A DNA stretch of 64,000 bases from assembly GCA_000002445.1 (NCBI GenBank), contig CP000071.1, positions 1,024,001-1,088,000 on the forward strand, written 5' to 3'. Both the position numbers and the translations under genes were made by a program. Below, one piece after another: positions 11,583-22,955 of this stretch (its first letter is position 1; every line of letters begins with the position of its first letter). The notes below the pieces were generated by a model, which was given only the letters and a program-made list of their open reading frames with translations, had not been told where the DNA came from and did no database searches. The DNA comes from Trypanosoma brucei. Lineage: Eukaryota.

Positions 11583-12192
11583 GAAGAGAAACGAACGAAA
11601 GCGGATCTAAGGAATGAAAAAAAAAACTGAGGGAGTTTGTGGTAGTTTTCACCTTGTTCAGATTTGTGTTACCTTTGTCGTGTATGCTTGACCATTCTTT
11701 GCTATTCCTCTTCATCTTTTACTTTCCCCTGTACTGACCAAAGCGAGGGAGGAAGAAAGACCCATGTTCCTTTGGCTTGCGGTCCTTCGATGAAATCAGG
11801 AAATGATCATATGTGATATCGACAATTTGGACTCTGTTGTTCCCCTACCGAAATGACTCTGGGGGGTATTTTGCTGTCATTGCAATCTATGCCTCGTCCC
11901 TTAGAACCAATGTTGTGACACTATGAGCTTGTGAGGGTTTCTTGTGACGGTTCCACCTGTAGCAAATAGAAAGGTTGCCGTTTTACCCGTGTTGTGCTTG
12001 CACGGCAAAAGTCACTTGGTAATTTCCAGTCCGAGCAATACTTAAGGATGGACCCGCTTCGCAGGGGGGGGGGAAAGAGGATGGAGGAGAATACTAACGT
12101 ATTATAATGGTGTTGTTGAAGGCATATTGAATGATATCTGCGGACTGAAAAGGTTTCATCATGTCCGCATTGTACCTGGACGAGACGTGTCC

Positions 12193-12471
<279 letters not shown>

Positions 12472-12785
12472 CGCGCAATGCATTGCTTCACATCAGGTAG
12501 GTCTGTTTTCCCAAGGAAGCATCTTCTGAAAGTAACGCGCGTGCGGAGTATTGGGAAGTTTCCGTGGAGTAGCAATAGTATGAAATGGTTGACCTACTTG
12601 GGAGCCGAATTCTGCTGCGCTTGTTCTAAAAATGTTATACGACACCCCACCACGTGCTGCACCTTTTTCTTCGTGGCGGTGTTCCCTTCCCTTTTGTTTG
12701 TCAATGTTGGAACTATTATATTTTACTGAGGCGTGGAGCGACATGTTTTGCACTGAAGTCAGCTTTCACTCCGTGCACGCTCGTA

Positions 12786-12852
12786 AGTTCTGTTACCCTG
12801 TGCGTGCCCATCTACTCCCCCTAAGTTTCCACAGTTTTTTCCCCCTTTAAAG
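12786..12852 (+). promoter_or_regulatory. Polypyrimidine tract plus AG, a likely trans-splice acceptor region for the 12869 gene
   Basis: A pyrimidine-rich run (ttctgttaccctgtgcgtgcccatctactccccctaagtttccacagttttttccccctttaaag) lies immediately 5' of the ATG at 12869. This is the architecture kinetoplastids use for SL trans-splicing and for polyadenylation of the upstream gene. Confidence 0.4.
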
Positions 12853-12868
12853 GTGTTGTACTAGCGAA

Positions 12869-15800
12869 ATGAACTTCTTATCCCAGATTTACACCGACAG
12901 TTGTTACAAGAGCTACCTTGATAATGAGCCTCCCTTCTTGGTTGCCGTCGTCAGTGGAAAGCGGCTATGCATATCTGAGGGATTGTCTCGCATGTCAAAT
13001 CAGTCGTCACTCTTTCACATCAAATATTTTCCAGACCTGAGATCGCTCCCCACGAAGCAAAAGGCTGCAGGTGCACCTCTTCCGAGTGCACTCGGTGTTC
13101 TGAAAAGCGACTGGTGCACGAGGCATTTACATTCCAGGTTTAGCTGCGTTATTTTTAGCCTGGATTGGGAAACGGTGAGCGATGTCGCAATGGATGAGAT
13201 TGGGAATTCCAGCATGTGGGACCAACTGCTGGCGTGGACACGCACACTGCGAAGCAAAATTATTGTCGCACTCGCAACTGAGAAATGTTCCAATGAAGGA
13301 GAGGATGTGAAAGAAAAACTAGAAACACTGCAACGAGTACTCAAACAGAGGCTAGGGGATGATTTTAATGAGCTGATAATTTTATTCAAACTAGGGATGG
13401 AAAGGGAGAGCGCGGAACGCCTCTACCATATGTTGAAGAAAACATCAACGGCATATCACATGGAGGAGTTGGCTCGCATTAGGAACAAGCCACCGGAACC
13501 AAATTACCGTGCAGTGCGATTGGGGTTCAAGGCCGGGTGGCACTCTCTTGTTGTGCGTGATTTGGGTGCGGCTGTAAAGCATTTTACCAACGCTTATAAC
13601 TGCCTAAGAGATGTTGCCCCTCCTCAGTCACCGATGGAATTGCGCATGTGCGGCACGGTCATTATTATGCACTTACTGAATGCTGCCAAAGCTCTGTCCG
13701 ATGTTAGCTTTGAGGATTTATATTATGGTATGTGTGAGGATCATATCGTATGGTTGGGACAGATCACTCCTTCTACTGGTGAGAACTTTACCATGGTGCA
13801 GTTTCTGAAACCGTTGCTTATTGCTGAGTGCCATTACTGGTTAGCGAAGAATACCTGCCATGCGGTGCCTGTTGCTTCGATGGGCCATCTTTGCGCATGT
13901 ATGTTTGCTTATGAAGATGCTCTTAAGGTAAATCGGTCACTTGAGACTTCTGCACAGCAAACTGTGGCGCCTGTTCTGATTGGTGTGGAGTGCTGCTCAG
14001 AGGCGCACGTTAATATTTGCTCACTCAGTGGAACCTCGGATGCTCTCACGAAACGAGTGGGTGAATTGTTGAGCGAATGTGCGTCCTTGACCGTGCCGAC
14101 GGTAGAACTGCTTTACACTTCGGCGCGGCTGAATGTCATGCTTCGAAGGACTGATGAAGCACTGTATTCACTGGAGATGTTGTGGGAACACGGTGTTAAG
14201 TCGTACGAAGGTGCTAAGGTTATTCACGGGTTGCTAATAGAATTGTCGAAGTCAGTACCCGACGAATTAGTAGAAAAGTGTTCCAGGGAGGTCACTCTTT
14301 CTTACGCCTCCTTGTCCTTTGGACCTGGTGCGGAGGAAAGTCAAAGGCGATTTCGTGATTCATTTGCGAAGATGATGTCTAGTTTTTCACTTGACAGTTT
14401 TCTTTCATATCCGCACAAAGGGTATTACGCTCCCTTTAACATCTTCTGCGGTTTCAGTGAGGTACATGGGGATGATTCAATGCATGAGTTGGTAATGGTG
14501 TTCCGCACACATTCCATTGACAATGTAAATGTGGACTCCCTTTGCGTCAATCTTTCTCGAATGCGTGATAACAAATTGGATAGTTGGGCCAAGCAGACTT
14601 CCGTTGATAGGTCTGTTGAGCTGTGCTCATGTAACTCCAGTAGCGTTTCTGCTCTTTTCGACTTGAGAGAACCAGGGGTTTATTATTGTTCACGCGTTCA
14701 GGGCCGTGTGAAATGTGGCGATATCTGCTTGAATGTAGAGTGGAGTTTTGATGATACCTCTGTTGAAAATTATTTTCTACAGCACGGTCAATTCAAAAAA
14801 TGGGGTGTTAGCTGTTCTCAATGCACGCCATGGGTTTGCGTGGCGGAACCGATATGCCACATTGAGGTTCATGCACCCGATTACATCGTGGGTGTCGAAG
14901 GCGAAGTTGTGGAGGTGGATGTAGTGATTGATACCAATAGCGATCTGAGGGATGACACGAGCTTTGTTTTGACTCACCTCCCCGCAGTTTATGAGTTCGT
15001 TGGGTGTGATGCTGGAAATTGTTCTTTGAAGGAGCGTTGCGACGGTGGGAAAGGGTACGTGAGTCTTCTCTTGAACAACCTCCCGCCCATACTGTGCGGT
15101 AGTCCTTCGCGTCTGACAATGAGATATAAATGCAACAGAGCGGGGAAGTACGTCATCCCCATTACTTTTTGTGCCCTTTCCAACACAAGCGCAAAGGTGG
15201 AAATAACGAAGAACGTTCAGGCGCACATTTCCTGCCCCTTTATACCGTCATACACCCTTTTCAAAAGCATTCCATGGACTATGGAAGCTCAAAATACAAA
15301 TGATGGTGGAACATCCCTCGTCACGCTGGAGGTGCCTGAAGTATCTTCCCCATTCGTACGGAGCGGGTCATATACTCTACTCCGCCCTCAGGATTATATT
15401 AATGAGGATCTTAGTACTCTCCACGGTAACAGAAGTGTCACGCTCTACGGTGCATTCACCAATAGGGAGAAGTGTGGTGATATTAACTTCTCAAAAGGGG
15501 AGACTATTGTAGTAGTGATGACCATGGAATGCCGCGCTTTTCAAGGTTTAACTCTATCGTCTTTCGACGCAGTTGTTTCTGATAATGTGGTGCTGCTCTC
15601 CCTAACCGCCGGCACTCTTCCGTTTCAAGTTGACTACATGGAATCATTCACAGTAACAGCCAAACTTCGTGTGTTGAGGACGGGAAGGGTTTCGCTGGGG
15701 TTTGTGCGTATGCTCATTTCACCAGGTTCAAGCACACAGCGCATTGTATCCGACGTTTCCTTGCCTGAGGTTGAGACCGATGATCACGTTCTTGAGTTAA

Positions 15801-16120
15801 CCCTGGAGTGTCCTTCAACCGTGGCGAGCGGTTCCTATGTTACTTTGGTTTGTAATGTTGTCAACAAAACCGCGATTCCTCAAAGTTGTCAGTTGACGCT
15901 GGAGAGAAATGGGGAGTTTTTCCTAGTGGGCGGGATAGAGCAATGGAACTTCCCCATTGGACCCCTTGCGGTTTACTCGACACGCATAGTTCTGAAACCC
16001 CTTGCTGTCGGCGTGCTCCAGCTCCCTTCACTCCACCTTAGACATTCATCAGGAGTGTCATTTGGAACCGTATCTTCCTTCCAGTTTGACTCTCAGAAAA
16101 TCTGCGTTTTGACGCCGTAG
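12869..16120 (+). CDS. Large conserved hypothetical protein (1083 aa). The N-terminal half looks alpha-helical and the C-terminal half beta-rich. A TRAPP-II/III large-subunit-like architecture is possible but unproven.
   Basis: Long uninterrupted ORF with a clean start after a polypyrimidine tract. The N-terminal region is helical-looking (…ELRMCGTVIIMHLLNAAKALSDV…). The C-terminal half is rich in V, S and T, as expected for beta-sandwich (ASH/Ig-like) repeats. No catalytic motif was recognised. Confidence 0.55.
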   Translation: MNFLSQIYTDSCYKSYLDNEPPFLVAVVSGKRLCISEGLSRMSNQSSLFHIKYFPDLRSLPTKQKAAGAPLPSALGVLKSDWCTRHLHSRFSCVIFSLDWETVSDVAMDEIGNSSMWDQLLAWTRTLRSKIIVALATEKCSNEGEDVKEKLETLQRVLKQRLGDDFNELIILFKLGMERESAERLYHMLKKTSTAYHMEELARIRNKPPEPNYRAVRLGFKAGWHSLVVRDLGAAVKHFTNAYNCLRDVAPPQSPMELRMCGTVIIMHLLNAAKALSDVSFEDLYYGMCEDHIVWLGQITPSTGENFTMVQFLKPLLIAECHYWLAKNTCHAVPVASMGHLCACMFAYEDALKVNRSLETSAQQTVAPVLIGVECCSEAHVNICSLSGTSDALTKRVGELLSECASLTVPTVELLYTSARLNVMLRRTDEALYSLEMLWEHGVKSYEGAKVIHGLLIELSKSVPDELVEKCSREVTLSYASLSFGPGAEESQRRFRDSFAKMMSSFSLDSFLSYPHKGYYAPFNIFCGFSEVHGDDSMHELVMVFRTHSIDNVNVDSLCVNLSRMRDNKLDSWAKQTSVDRSVELCSCNSSSVSALFDLREPGVYYCSRVQGRVKCGDICLNVEWSFDDTSVENYFLQHGQFKKWGVSCSQCTPWVCVAEPICHIEVHAPDYIVGVEGEVVEVDVVIDTNSDLRDDTSFVLTHLPAVYEFVGCDAGNCSLKERCDGGKGYVSLLLNNLPPILCGSPSRLTMRYKCNRAGKYVIPITFCALSNTSAKVEITKNVQAHISCPFIPSYTLFKSIPWTMEAQNTNDGGTSLVTLEVPEVSSPFVRSGSYTLLRPQDYINEDLSTLHGNRSVTLYGAFTNREKCGDINFSKGETIVVVMTMECRAFQGLTLSSFDAVVSDNVVLLSLTAGTLPFQVDYMESFTVTAKLRVLRTGRVSLGFVRMLISPGSSTQRIVSDVSLPEVETDDHVLELTLECPSTVASGSYVTLVCNVVNKTAIPQSCQLTLERNGEFFLVGGIEQWNFPIGPLAVYSTRIVLKPLAVGVLQLPSLHLRHSSGVSFGTVSSFQFDSQKICVLTP

Positions 16121-16341
16121 TTTCTCAACTGTTGACTGTGTGCCGCCAATTGCTATGCGTCTCTGTGTGCAGGGGAACCAAGGCAACTTTGTGTCGTATT
16201 AAATTAATCTTTGTGTTCGGAAGGTCGTTGTTTGTTTCTGCACATACCTTGCTTTTTACGCTTATACAACGTCGACATTCTTCCTACCTTTCCTCCATTC
16301 TGTTGAAAGGTGGGTTGTAAACGCCACCGGGAGGGAGGGAG

Positions 16342-19293
16342 TTGCAGTCACTTTACGGTTGCCTATCGCCTGAAAACTGGTTGTCAGTAGAAGAAAACTT
16401 GAAGAAACCAAGAATAGGACGAGTAAAGAATATATATCGAAAAAGTAGTATGTCTGTTGAGGAAGTTGATACATTACTTCAAGGTGTTGTTACGTGCGGG
16501 ACTAACGCTGATGAAGTGGCGCTTGAAAAGCTTCGCGAAATCCCTCTTCTGCAATTATCGCGCATGATGGGTAAATACCTCACAGGAGAAGAGCACGTTG
16601 TAAATGCAGTCCGTGTTCTGGGGCTTGCTACAGTGAATCGGCGCGACCGCACAATTGAAGAGGTCGATGTTATGCTGAGGTTTTTCTCCAGAAAGCTCTC
16701 TTCAATGCAAACGATCGCGGTTGCTGTGGAATCTACGGCCCTTCTTGTCAGAGAGCTGTCATCAGAGGGGCCATGTACCAGTGACGTTTTCAACGTTTTA
16801 CACACTGAGTTTTTGCAGAGCTTCAGTTTGCAAGCCCTCCCGACCAACGTCCGGAGTTGGGGGTACGACGTTCTTCGCTTTACTGTTACAAAAGAGACCG
16901 CAACGTGGTTCACCACCCCCTTTCTTCAAGTTGTCCTAAAATCTATGGATGAGGAAAATGAACCGGAGTTACTAATGCGTGCGCTTGAGTTACATCACAT
17001 AATTGCCTCTTATGCGAGAGAAGATGCCATGCAACCCTTGCTGGAGGAGTATTTTGACAGTATTTCTAGTTATTTCCCGGTGGTATTTTCACAACCACCC
17101 GGATGTAAGGTGTCGAAAGAGGATTTGCGGCGTGTCCTGTCGGCATGCATGACGCATCCCTTGTATTTGAACATTTGTGTCCCATTTCTGTTGTCAAGAA
17201 TGGCGTCCCCATCCTCTGTTGTTAAGCAGGAATCCACGAATGCGCTTTTAAACATTTTCTCGTTGGATTCGAGTCACACCACCGAGAGTTTGTGCCCGCA
17301 TGTGGTTTCTGTGACAAATCACATAAGGAACGAAGTCGTCCGAGCAGTATCACTCGGGTCTGGGGAATGTGAGCCGTACGTTAAGGACTGCGTACACGTA
17401 TTGAAGTTCATCTCCAAAAGAGCGCAGGATGTTTCGTTATCAATCGTCCGCTCGTGGCTAGAGCCAATGACGAGTGGCGCACTGGCTAGTTTGAGGTCGG
17501 GACCAGCTGTGTGTTCCGCCTATGCAACTATGTTCTATCACCTTGTCAGCAGTAGCACATGCTGCGGTGCGGCCACTGTGCAGTGCTTTTTGCTGCAGCT
17601 ACTGTCGAATACGCGGGAGGATAGTTTTGAAGTCGACGATGCGGTCCTCATCATTTCCGCCATACTTAGTGGGATTTTCGATGCGGGTAATGGTGGCGAA
17701 TGTGGAAAGAGGCCGCCCCCACAGCGTGATGTTAAAGAAGGTCTCGAAACCGTGAGTGAGAAATTGTTTCAACTTGTGGAGAAGTTGACCTTGTCACTGC
17801 AAAAGGCTGACGCATCTTCTGTGCATGTAAGGTGCGAGTTGCTTGCATCGCTGGTTACCCTTGCAGCATGGCTTCCACACTGGATGCCCGATGACACAGT
17901 TCTACTCATCTACAAGAGACTTATAGCACTTTGTCTCTGTGGAGATGAGGAAGTCGGCAACAGGGTTGTGAAGCATATCTCACGCATTGGCTCTGTCGAG
18001 GGAAATTTACTGAATGTTGCGCTGTTGGACATGCCTGCTGACATAAATCCCACAGCAGCCGGTATTCTTACACTCTACAAAGGCTTGTTAGGGTCGCAGG
18101 CCTCTTTATCACTAGCTGCCACAAAATCACTGTTAGAATGTCCAGAAGGTTTGTTCGGATTTACCCTTACCGAAAGGGATGTTTTTTCCTTGTGTCGCTC
18201 CAGTCTCTCTGCGCACGCGGACTACTCTACCGAAGATATTCGTTGCCTTCTGCTTTTGACCAAAAAGAGGAATTCTGTGGCAAGCTTTGACTATCTGTGC
18301 GATTTGCTCCTGCTGCTTCCCATTGCTTTCGTTCCATCTGTGCTTCAGGAGGTGGGGGGAGAGCAATGGGGTGTATTGACAGCTTCTCTAGTTTCATGTT
18401 TTGACATGGATGTCCTGGGTGCTTCGGATCACATAGAACATTGGATGTGCGAAGTTTTGGATGCAATGCGCAGCACACCGACAGATGTATTAACAATGCA
18501 GAGTGTGTCATTACTGTGTGCGCGGGTGCCCGGTGTCGCAGGTCGCTTTCTCGAAGCAGCGAAGCGGTTGAACCCAACCACGCAGCTCGCGGCGCGGGCA
18601 GCTGTTGCTCGTGGCCTGCTTGCTTGTGGTGTGGCAGAAGGCGGGATTATTGAACTAATCATCGAAGAAATTACCAACTCCCTTCGCAGTGGATACGTAC
18701 AGGATTGTTACGTTGATATACTGACGGGAGTGTTCGTGTTCTGTTATCAAGGGTGCAGAAAAACCACGACCCTCATTTTGCCTCTGGTGCATGCTGCCAC
18801 GAGGGGCAGCAAACCCGTTTCACTCGAGTTGCTGAGAGTTGTTGCAAAACTCCTCCAGGATGTGTCACCCACTTGTGGGTTGGAGTGGGGTGACATCGTC
18901 GAATTTTCCCGAAGAGTGTCGAAGCCACTGAATGAAGAGTTTGTCAACGAGCTTGTGGAGCTGCTCGACCTTGCTTTGTCTCAGATGGACCCGAAGAATG
19001 TGTTGGTAGAGGCACTTTTAGGAACCGACGACCTTCTGCCACTGGTGCTGAGTGGTGTTAGATCACCATTACTTAAGGTGCGGTGTACCTCGCTGCGTCT
19101 ATTGAGTGAGGCAGCCTTGTTTGTCATGCAGTTTTCATCAGAGAATGGTGACAGCGGCAACTCCTACATGAGCAGCGCGTTGCAGGTAAGAGACGAAGTT
19201 CTTCATGTGTCTCAGGTGGCATTGAATGATCACAAGCGGATGGTACGACGTAGTGCCGCTCAGTGCCGGCATCAGTGGTATAAATTAAAGTAG
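16342..19293 (+). CDS. MMS19: MMS19-like HEAT-repeat protein, a cytosolic Fe-S assembly and DNA-repair factor. An alternative start at M16450 is possible.
   Basis: 983 aa and alpha-solenoid-like throughout. The segment ...EEYFDSISSYFPVVFSQPPGCKVSKEDLRRVLSACMTHP... matches the conserved MMS19 N-terminal-domain core (YFPITF-PPpnDpygIt-edL). Its position about 230 aa into the protein is appropriate. Confidence 0.55.
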   Translation: MQSLYGCLSPENWLSVEENLKKPRIGRVKNIYRKSSMSVEEVDTLLQGVVTCGTNADEVALEKLREIPLLQLSRMMGKYLTGEEHVVNAVRVLGLATVNRRDRTIEEVDVMLRFFSRKLSSMQTIAVAVESTALLVRELSSEGPCTSDVFNVLHTEFLQSFSLQALPTNVRSWGYDVLRFTVTKETATWFTTPFLQVVLKSMDEENEPELLMRALELHHIIASYAREDAMQPLLEEYFDSISSYFPVVFSQPPGCKVSKEDLRRVLSACMTHPLYLNICVPFLLSRMASPSSVVKQESTNALLNIFSLDSSHTTESLCPHVVSVTNHIRNEVVRAVSLGSGECEPYVKDCVHVLKFISKRAQDVSLSIVRSWLEPMTSGALASLRSGPAVCSAYATMFYHLVSSSTCCGAATVQCFLLQLLSNTREDSFEVDDAVLIISAILSGIFDAGNGGECGKRPPPQRDVKEGLETVSEKLFQLVEKLTLSLQKADASSVHVRCELLASLVTLAAWLPHWMPDDTVLLIYKRLIALCLCGDEEVGNRVVKHISRIGSVEGNLLNVALLDMPADINPTAAGILTLYKGLLGSQASLSLAATKSLLECPEGLFGFTLTERDVFSLCRSSLSAHADYSTEDIRCLLLLTKKRNSVASFDYLCDLLLLLPIAFVPSVLQEVGGEQWGVLTASLVSCFDMDVLGASDHIEHWMCEVLDAMRSTPTDVLTMQSVSLLCARVPGVAGRFLEAAKRLNPTTQLAARAAVARGLLACGVAEGGIIELIIEEITNSLRSGYVQDCYVDILTGVFVFCYQGCRKTTTLILPLVHAATRGSKPVSLELLRVVAKLLQDVSPTCGLEWGDIVEFSRRVSKPLNEEFVNELVELLDLALSQMDPKNVLVEALLGTDDLLPLVLSGVRSPLLKVRCTSLRLLSEAALFVMQFSSENGDSGNSYMSSALQVRDEVLHVSQVALNDHKRMVRRSAAQCRHQWYKLK

Positions 19294-19380
19294 TTGCGTA
19301 AGCCATATAAACCGTGTAAGTTTTGTTTTCTCAGTTTTGTTTCCCGCACATGAAGAGGAGGAGGCGCCGCCTGAGCTGGC

Positions 19381-19440
19381 TTTTTTTTTTTTGCGACTGA
19401 GCATAATAGTTGCTAGGTTTTCCCTTTTTTTTTCTTCTCA
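19381..19440 (+). promoter_or_regulatory. Polypyrimidine tract, a trans-splice and polyadenylation signal region between MMS19 and thymidylate kinase
   Basis: The sequence reads tttttttttttt…ggttttccctttttttttcttctc, followed by AG dinucleotides just 5' of ATG19455. The computed ORF start at 19410 translates this tract (MLGFPFFFLL), which is an artefact. Confidence 0.4.
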
Positions 19441-19454
19441 CGAAATATACATCA

Positions 19455-20492
19455 ATGGTGGCCGTGAACCGAAAAATTGTAGTTTTCACGGATGTTGAGG
19501 ACAAACAAGTCCTTGAGGTGATCAGAGAGGTAGCGGGTGATGCGGAAACTATACAGCTCGAAAAGTCTTTCGCTTACGAATTTATGTGGCGAGGGAAACA
19601 CACGCCTTACAGGGTTGGTACCCCCATGTGTTTTATTACTGAAAAGACAGTGGAGGATGCAGATGTCGTATTTGCTGTTTATTCAAAGCGTGTTCCCGTA
19701 CTTTCGCTTACCACTGGTGGCGAAACCACTAACTTACTTCAGACGATTTCCTCCCTCGGTATCGAGTGCAAACAAAATACTTCAGAGACATGGGCCGATG
19801 CTGTAAGAGCATTCTTGCCCAACAATGACTCAGAAAGTGCCGTAATTGTTTTTGGGGGTGGAGACGGTGCCGGGAAGGCCACCCAAACGGAGTACATGCG
19901 GAAACGGCTGGATAAGGAAGGAAAGGCTCACGCTAGTCTTGACTTCCCATCGGACAAACATCGATATGGGAAGCTCATTCGCAAAGTCCTATCAGGTGAA
20001 AGAGGCGCTTTACACGGTTTGGATCCTAAACTGTTCAGTTTGCTTTTTTCCTTGAATCGCTTTGACACTCTCCCGGAACTCAGGTACTGGTTGACACACG
20101 GGAAGAAGATTCTCCTCGACCGTTACTACACGTCCAACTTTGGTCACCAGGCCTCTAAGCTTGAGGAAAGTGAAAGGAGTGACTTCATCAGACACCTTGA
20201 GCAATTGGAATTGGAATGGCTTAAGCTTCCTCCCCCGGATGTCGCTCTTTATCTTGATTTGCCACCCGCAGCCGCGCTAGTGGCGATGCAAAGGGATGAG
20301 AAGCGTGAGTCGCTGGACATTCATGAGACGGCTGGCCTCTCCTACAAGGAAAATGTCAGGCAAACTTACGTTTGGTGCTGTCAGAACCAAAGGAATTGGG
20401 TTCAAATAGAATGTTGTAACGACGAGGGCGAACGCTATAGTCGTGAGAAAGTACACGAGATGATATACAATGCCGTCGCAAAACATATTTAA
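19455..20492 (+). CDS. TMPK: Thymidylate (dTMP) kinase with a roughly 135-aa N-terminal extension
   Basis: The protein has the P-loop VIVFGGGDGAGKATQ and the thymidylate-kinase sequence context FPSDKHRYGKLIRKVLSG…LFSLNRFDTL…ILLDRYYTSNFGHQASK (the DRY motif). A lid region follows, so the TMPK fold signature is complete. Confidence 0.7.
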   Translation: MVAVNRKIVVFTDVEDKQVLEVIREVAGDAETIQLEKSFAYEFMWRGKHTPYRVGTPMCFITEKTVEDADVVFAVYSKRVPVLSLTTGGETTNLLQTISSLGIECKQNTSETWADAVRAFLPNNDSESAVIVFGGGDGAGKATQTEYMRKRLDKEGKAHASLDFPSDKHRYGKLIRKVLSGERGALHGLDPKLFSLLFSLNRFDTLPELRYWLTHGKKILLDRYYTSNFGHQASKLEESERSDFIRHLEQLELEWLKLPPPDVALYLDLPPAAALVAMQRDEKRESLDIHETAGLSYKENVRQTYVWCCQNQRNWVQIECCNDEGERYSREKVHEMIYNAVAKHI

Positions 20493-22955
20493 ATGAGTTG
20501 GCACGTGCACTCGCTTTCACTGCAAGTGAATGTGACTCCATTATAGATTATTACCATCTTTTTTGGTTTATTAGTATCCAGTGGATGAAAATTGACTGTT
20601 GTCTCTTCCTTCTTCCATCTCCTCGAGTTTCTTTTTTTTTTCAGTTTCATGCCTAACATTTGTTTTCCTAAGCGCGTGTGTTTCTCGCTAAGTGAGAAGC
20701 TGTTGTGCTGTTCTACTCGCTATCTCTTTTTCTGTAACGCTAATTTTTGGTCTTTCTGTTTAGATTTTAACCCAATGTGGCTCTCCTCTACGAATGAGTG
20801 TGATTAAGTAGCAGTGAGTGACCTCCCGTGTAAAGTTGAGTGAAGGGACGGCATGGCTGCAACTGCCGTATTGTTTACTCGCCGTGCGACATGGCGGTGA
20901 CTCGCTACCAATGACGCAACCGCCTTCATATGTTGCACAGCGAGTTGGTGATACCGGCACGAGTCATTTTTGTAGTTTCTTTTTCTTTTTGGGGCTGTGT
21001 TTGTGTGTGTGTGTGTGTTGGTTGGGGATGGCGAAGGGTTGTGAGAGGAACTCAGAGAGAATTTCTCTGACAACAGATCGTCGTTGGGGTGACTGTGTTT
21101 AGTTTTGGGGGAAAAAATTCAAATGAGACAAACGCTGATGACCAAGTGGGGCTGCGGTAGACGATGACCTTTTTTTTCCCATATTCGATCGTGTGTGATG
21201 GGGAGAATTGTTGAAAAACTCTCAGCACCGGCAGTTTGCACGCGCCCCAAAGCTTTCCCTAGGCGTGGAGGTGCCTCCTTGTAAAGGTTCACACCACCTC
21301 TTGCCATTACCACCAAACTTACATTTTTCCTCCAGGGAATATCTGTAAATCGCCTCAACTACGGTGTAGTCGGTTGGCGAGTGTGAACGCAAATCGAGAA
21401 GGGGAAAAGACATGCAAACCATAGGCGCTGTGAAGGGCTGTTGTTTGGAATATGCGCATGCATCGTAGATTTGTATGCGTCTTCTCTAATATCACATAAA
21501 CGTCTTCTCATCACTACAGTCCTTCCAGGAATAAAATCTGATTTAAAGGGATTTCACGGCGCCGCGGGTGCGGCGTTTGACGCTATTTCCCCCTTTAGAT
21601 GCTTCATTCCCGTCGTGGTGGCGTTGCTTTCTCACCTTCGATCGGTTCGTATGTTTGTCTGTTCGACTGCGCCGCGTTTTTCTTCTCTCCCCATCCTCTG
21701 CGTACAGCACCGGCCTCAGAAGGTGACGGTTCTGTTCATTCTCACCATTATTTCCAGTATCATTGAGTATGCCGTACAAATCGTGGAACTTCGCAAGAAA
21801 TTGACCATTGATGTGTTGTTACTTTACTTATTGGAAATATGCTTTGATGATGTACAGTTCTCAAGTTCGTATGCACTCTTCGGTTCGCGGTAGACCCGCG
21901 GCTTCCATGCAAAGTCTGCCGTGTGTTGTGTTTCCAAAAACAACGTTGAGCGCTCGTTAGTGGTACCAACTCCCCGCGGTGGTGGTGTACTTTTTGTGTG
22001 AGTGTAAGTGGAAAAGTTTTGTAGATAAAGGGTTTGGTGACTTAGGAGGGAAGTAAATTTCGTGTTCTGTTTTTTTGGTGCTATTGAGTTGGGAAAAAGC
22101 CACGGAGATTCTCACCTCATAAGTGGTATTCCACATTTGTTTTTGCGGTGTTAATCACCGGAAAATGGGAGGCGTACGTGTGAAACATGGGCCTGCCATC
22201 CACTATATCAAAGAAAGGAGCGCCCGTAAGGGACAAAATTGCTTTGGTCCCCCTCATCCCTTCAGCCATATGGGATCTGTTTTGTCCATTTTAATCCATC
22301 CACCAGGCGGAAAACGTGTTGCCCTCGGAATACGGTACTTCTCGCCTACCACTACGACACCAATGCCATTAATAGCCCGTGTTTTTTTTTTCCACGTTTT
22401 CGTTTCGGGGCGCCGCAGTGTAATTTGGCTGCGTACCGGCGAAAAAAGTGGGGGCGTGTGTACCATTATCTATTGCCCTGTTTTTTCCCCCAGATGAGCG
22501 CGAGGGGAAAACCGTAGGGTACCAGTATGTGAATAGGTAACTTTATCATCAGTCAGTGGTTAGTGGGGCCGGCGAGCTGCGGGGGACTGAGTTCCCTATA
22601 TGCTGAAATAAATCCAGCTCATTCCCACCCCCACAAACGTGAGTTAAAACATAGCTGCTTTCCGGGACACGTATCATAAACACGGGTTTCACCACCGGTT
22701 GATGCTGGACGTTCGTGGAAACTGTGTGATTGGTCGGTGGGATGGGACACGAGTGCGTGAATATTTAAGCGTGGGTGGTGGTATTCCGACTGCTAAATCG
22801 TTCTCAGTTTGTGCATCTCGCACGTTTTCTCTGGAGCTTCACATTTAACCCCCTGGGGTGTTATTCGCACCTGAGGTTGTCTTTGAAGGCAGCAGTGGAT
22901 TCATTTATAAGGCTAGGGATATTTGACACGGCATCCGCCGGGTACCACGTAGGTA

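Noticed and set aside
21441-22517. ORFs 21441-21893 and 22123-22497 between TMPK and the coiled-coil gene
   Set aside because: No domain is present, the frame usage is inconsistent and they lack a proper start context. They are kept only as a finding (possible pseudogene), not as CDS features.
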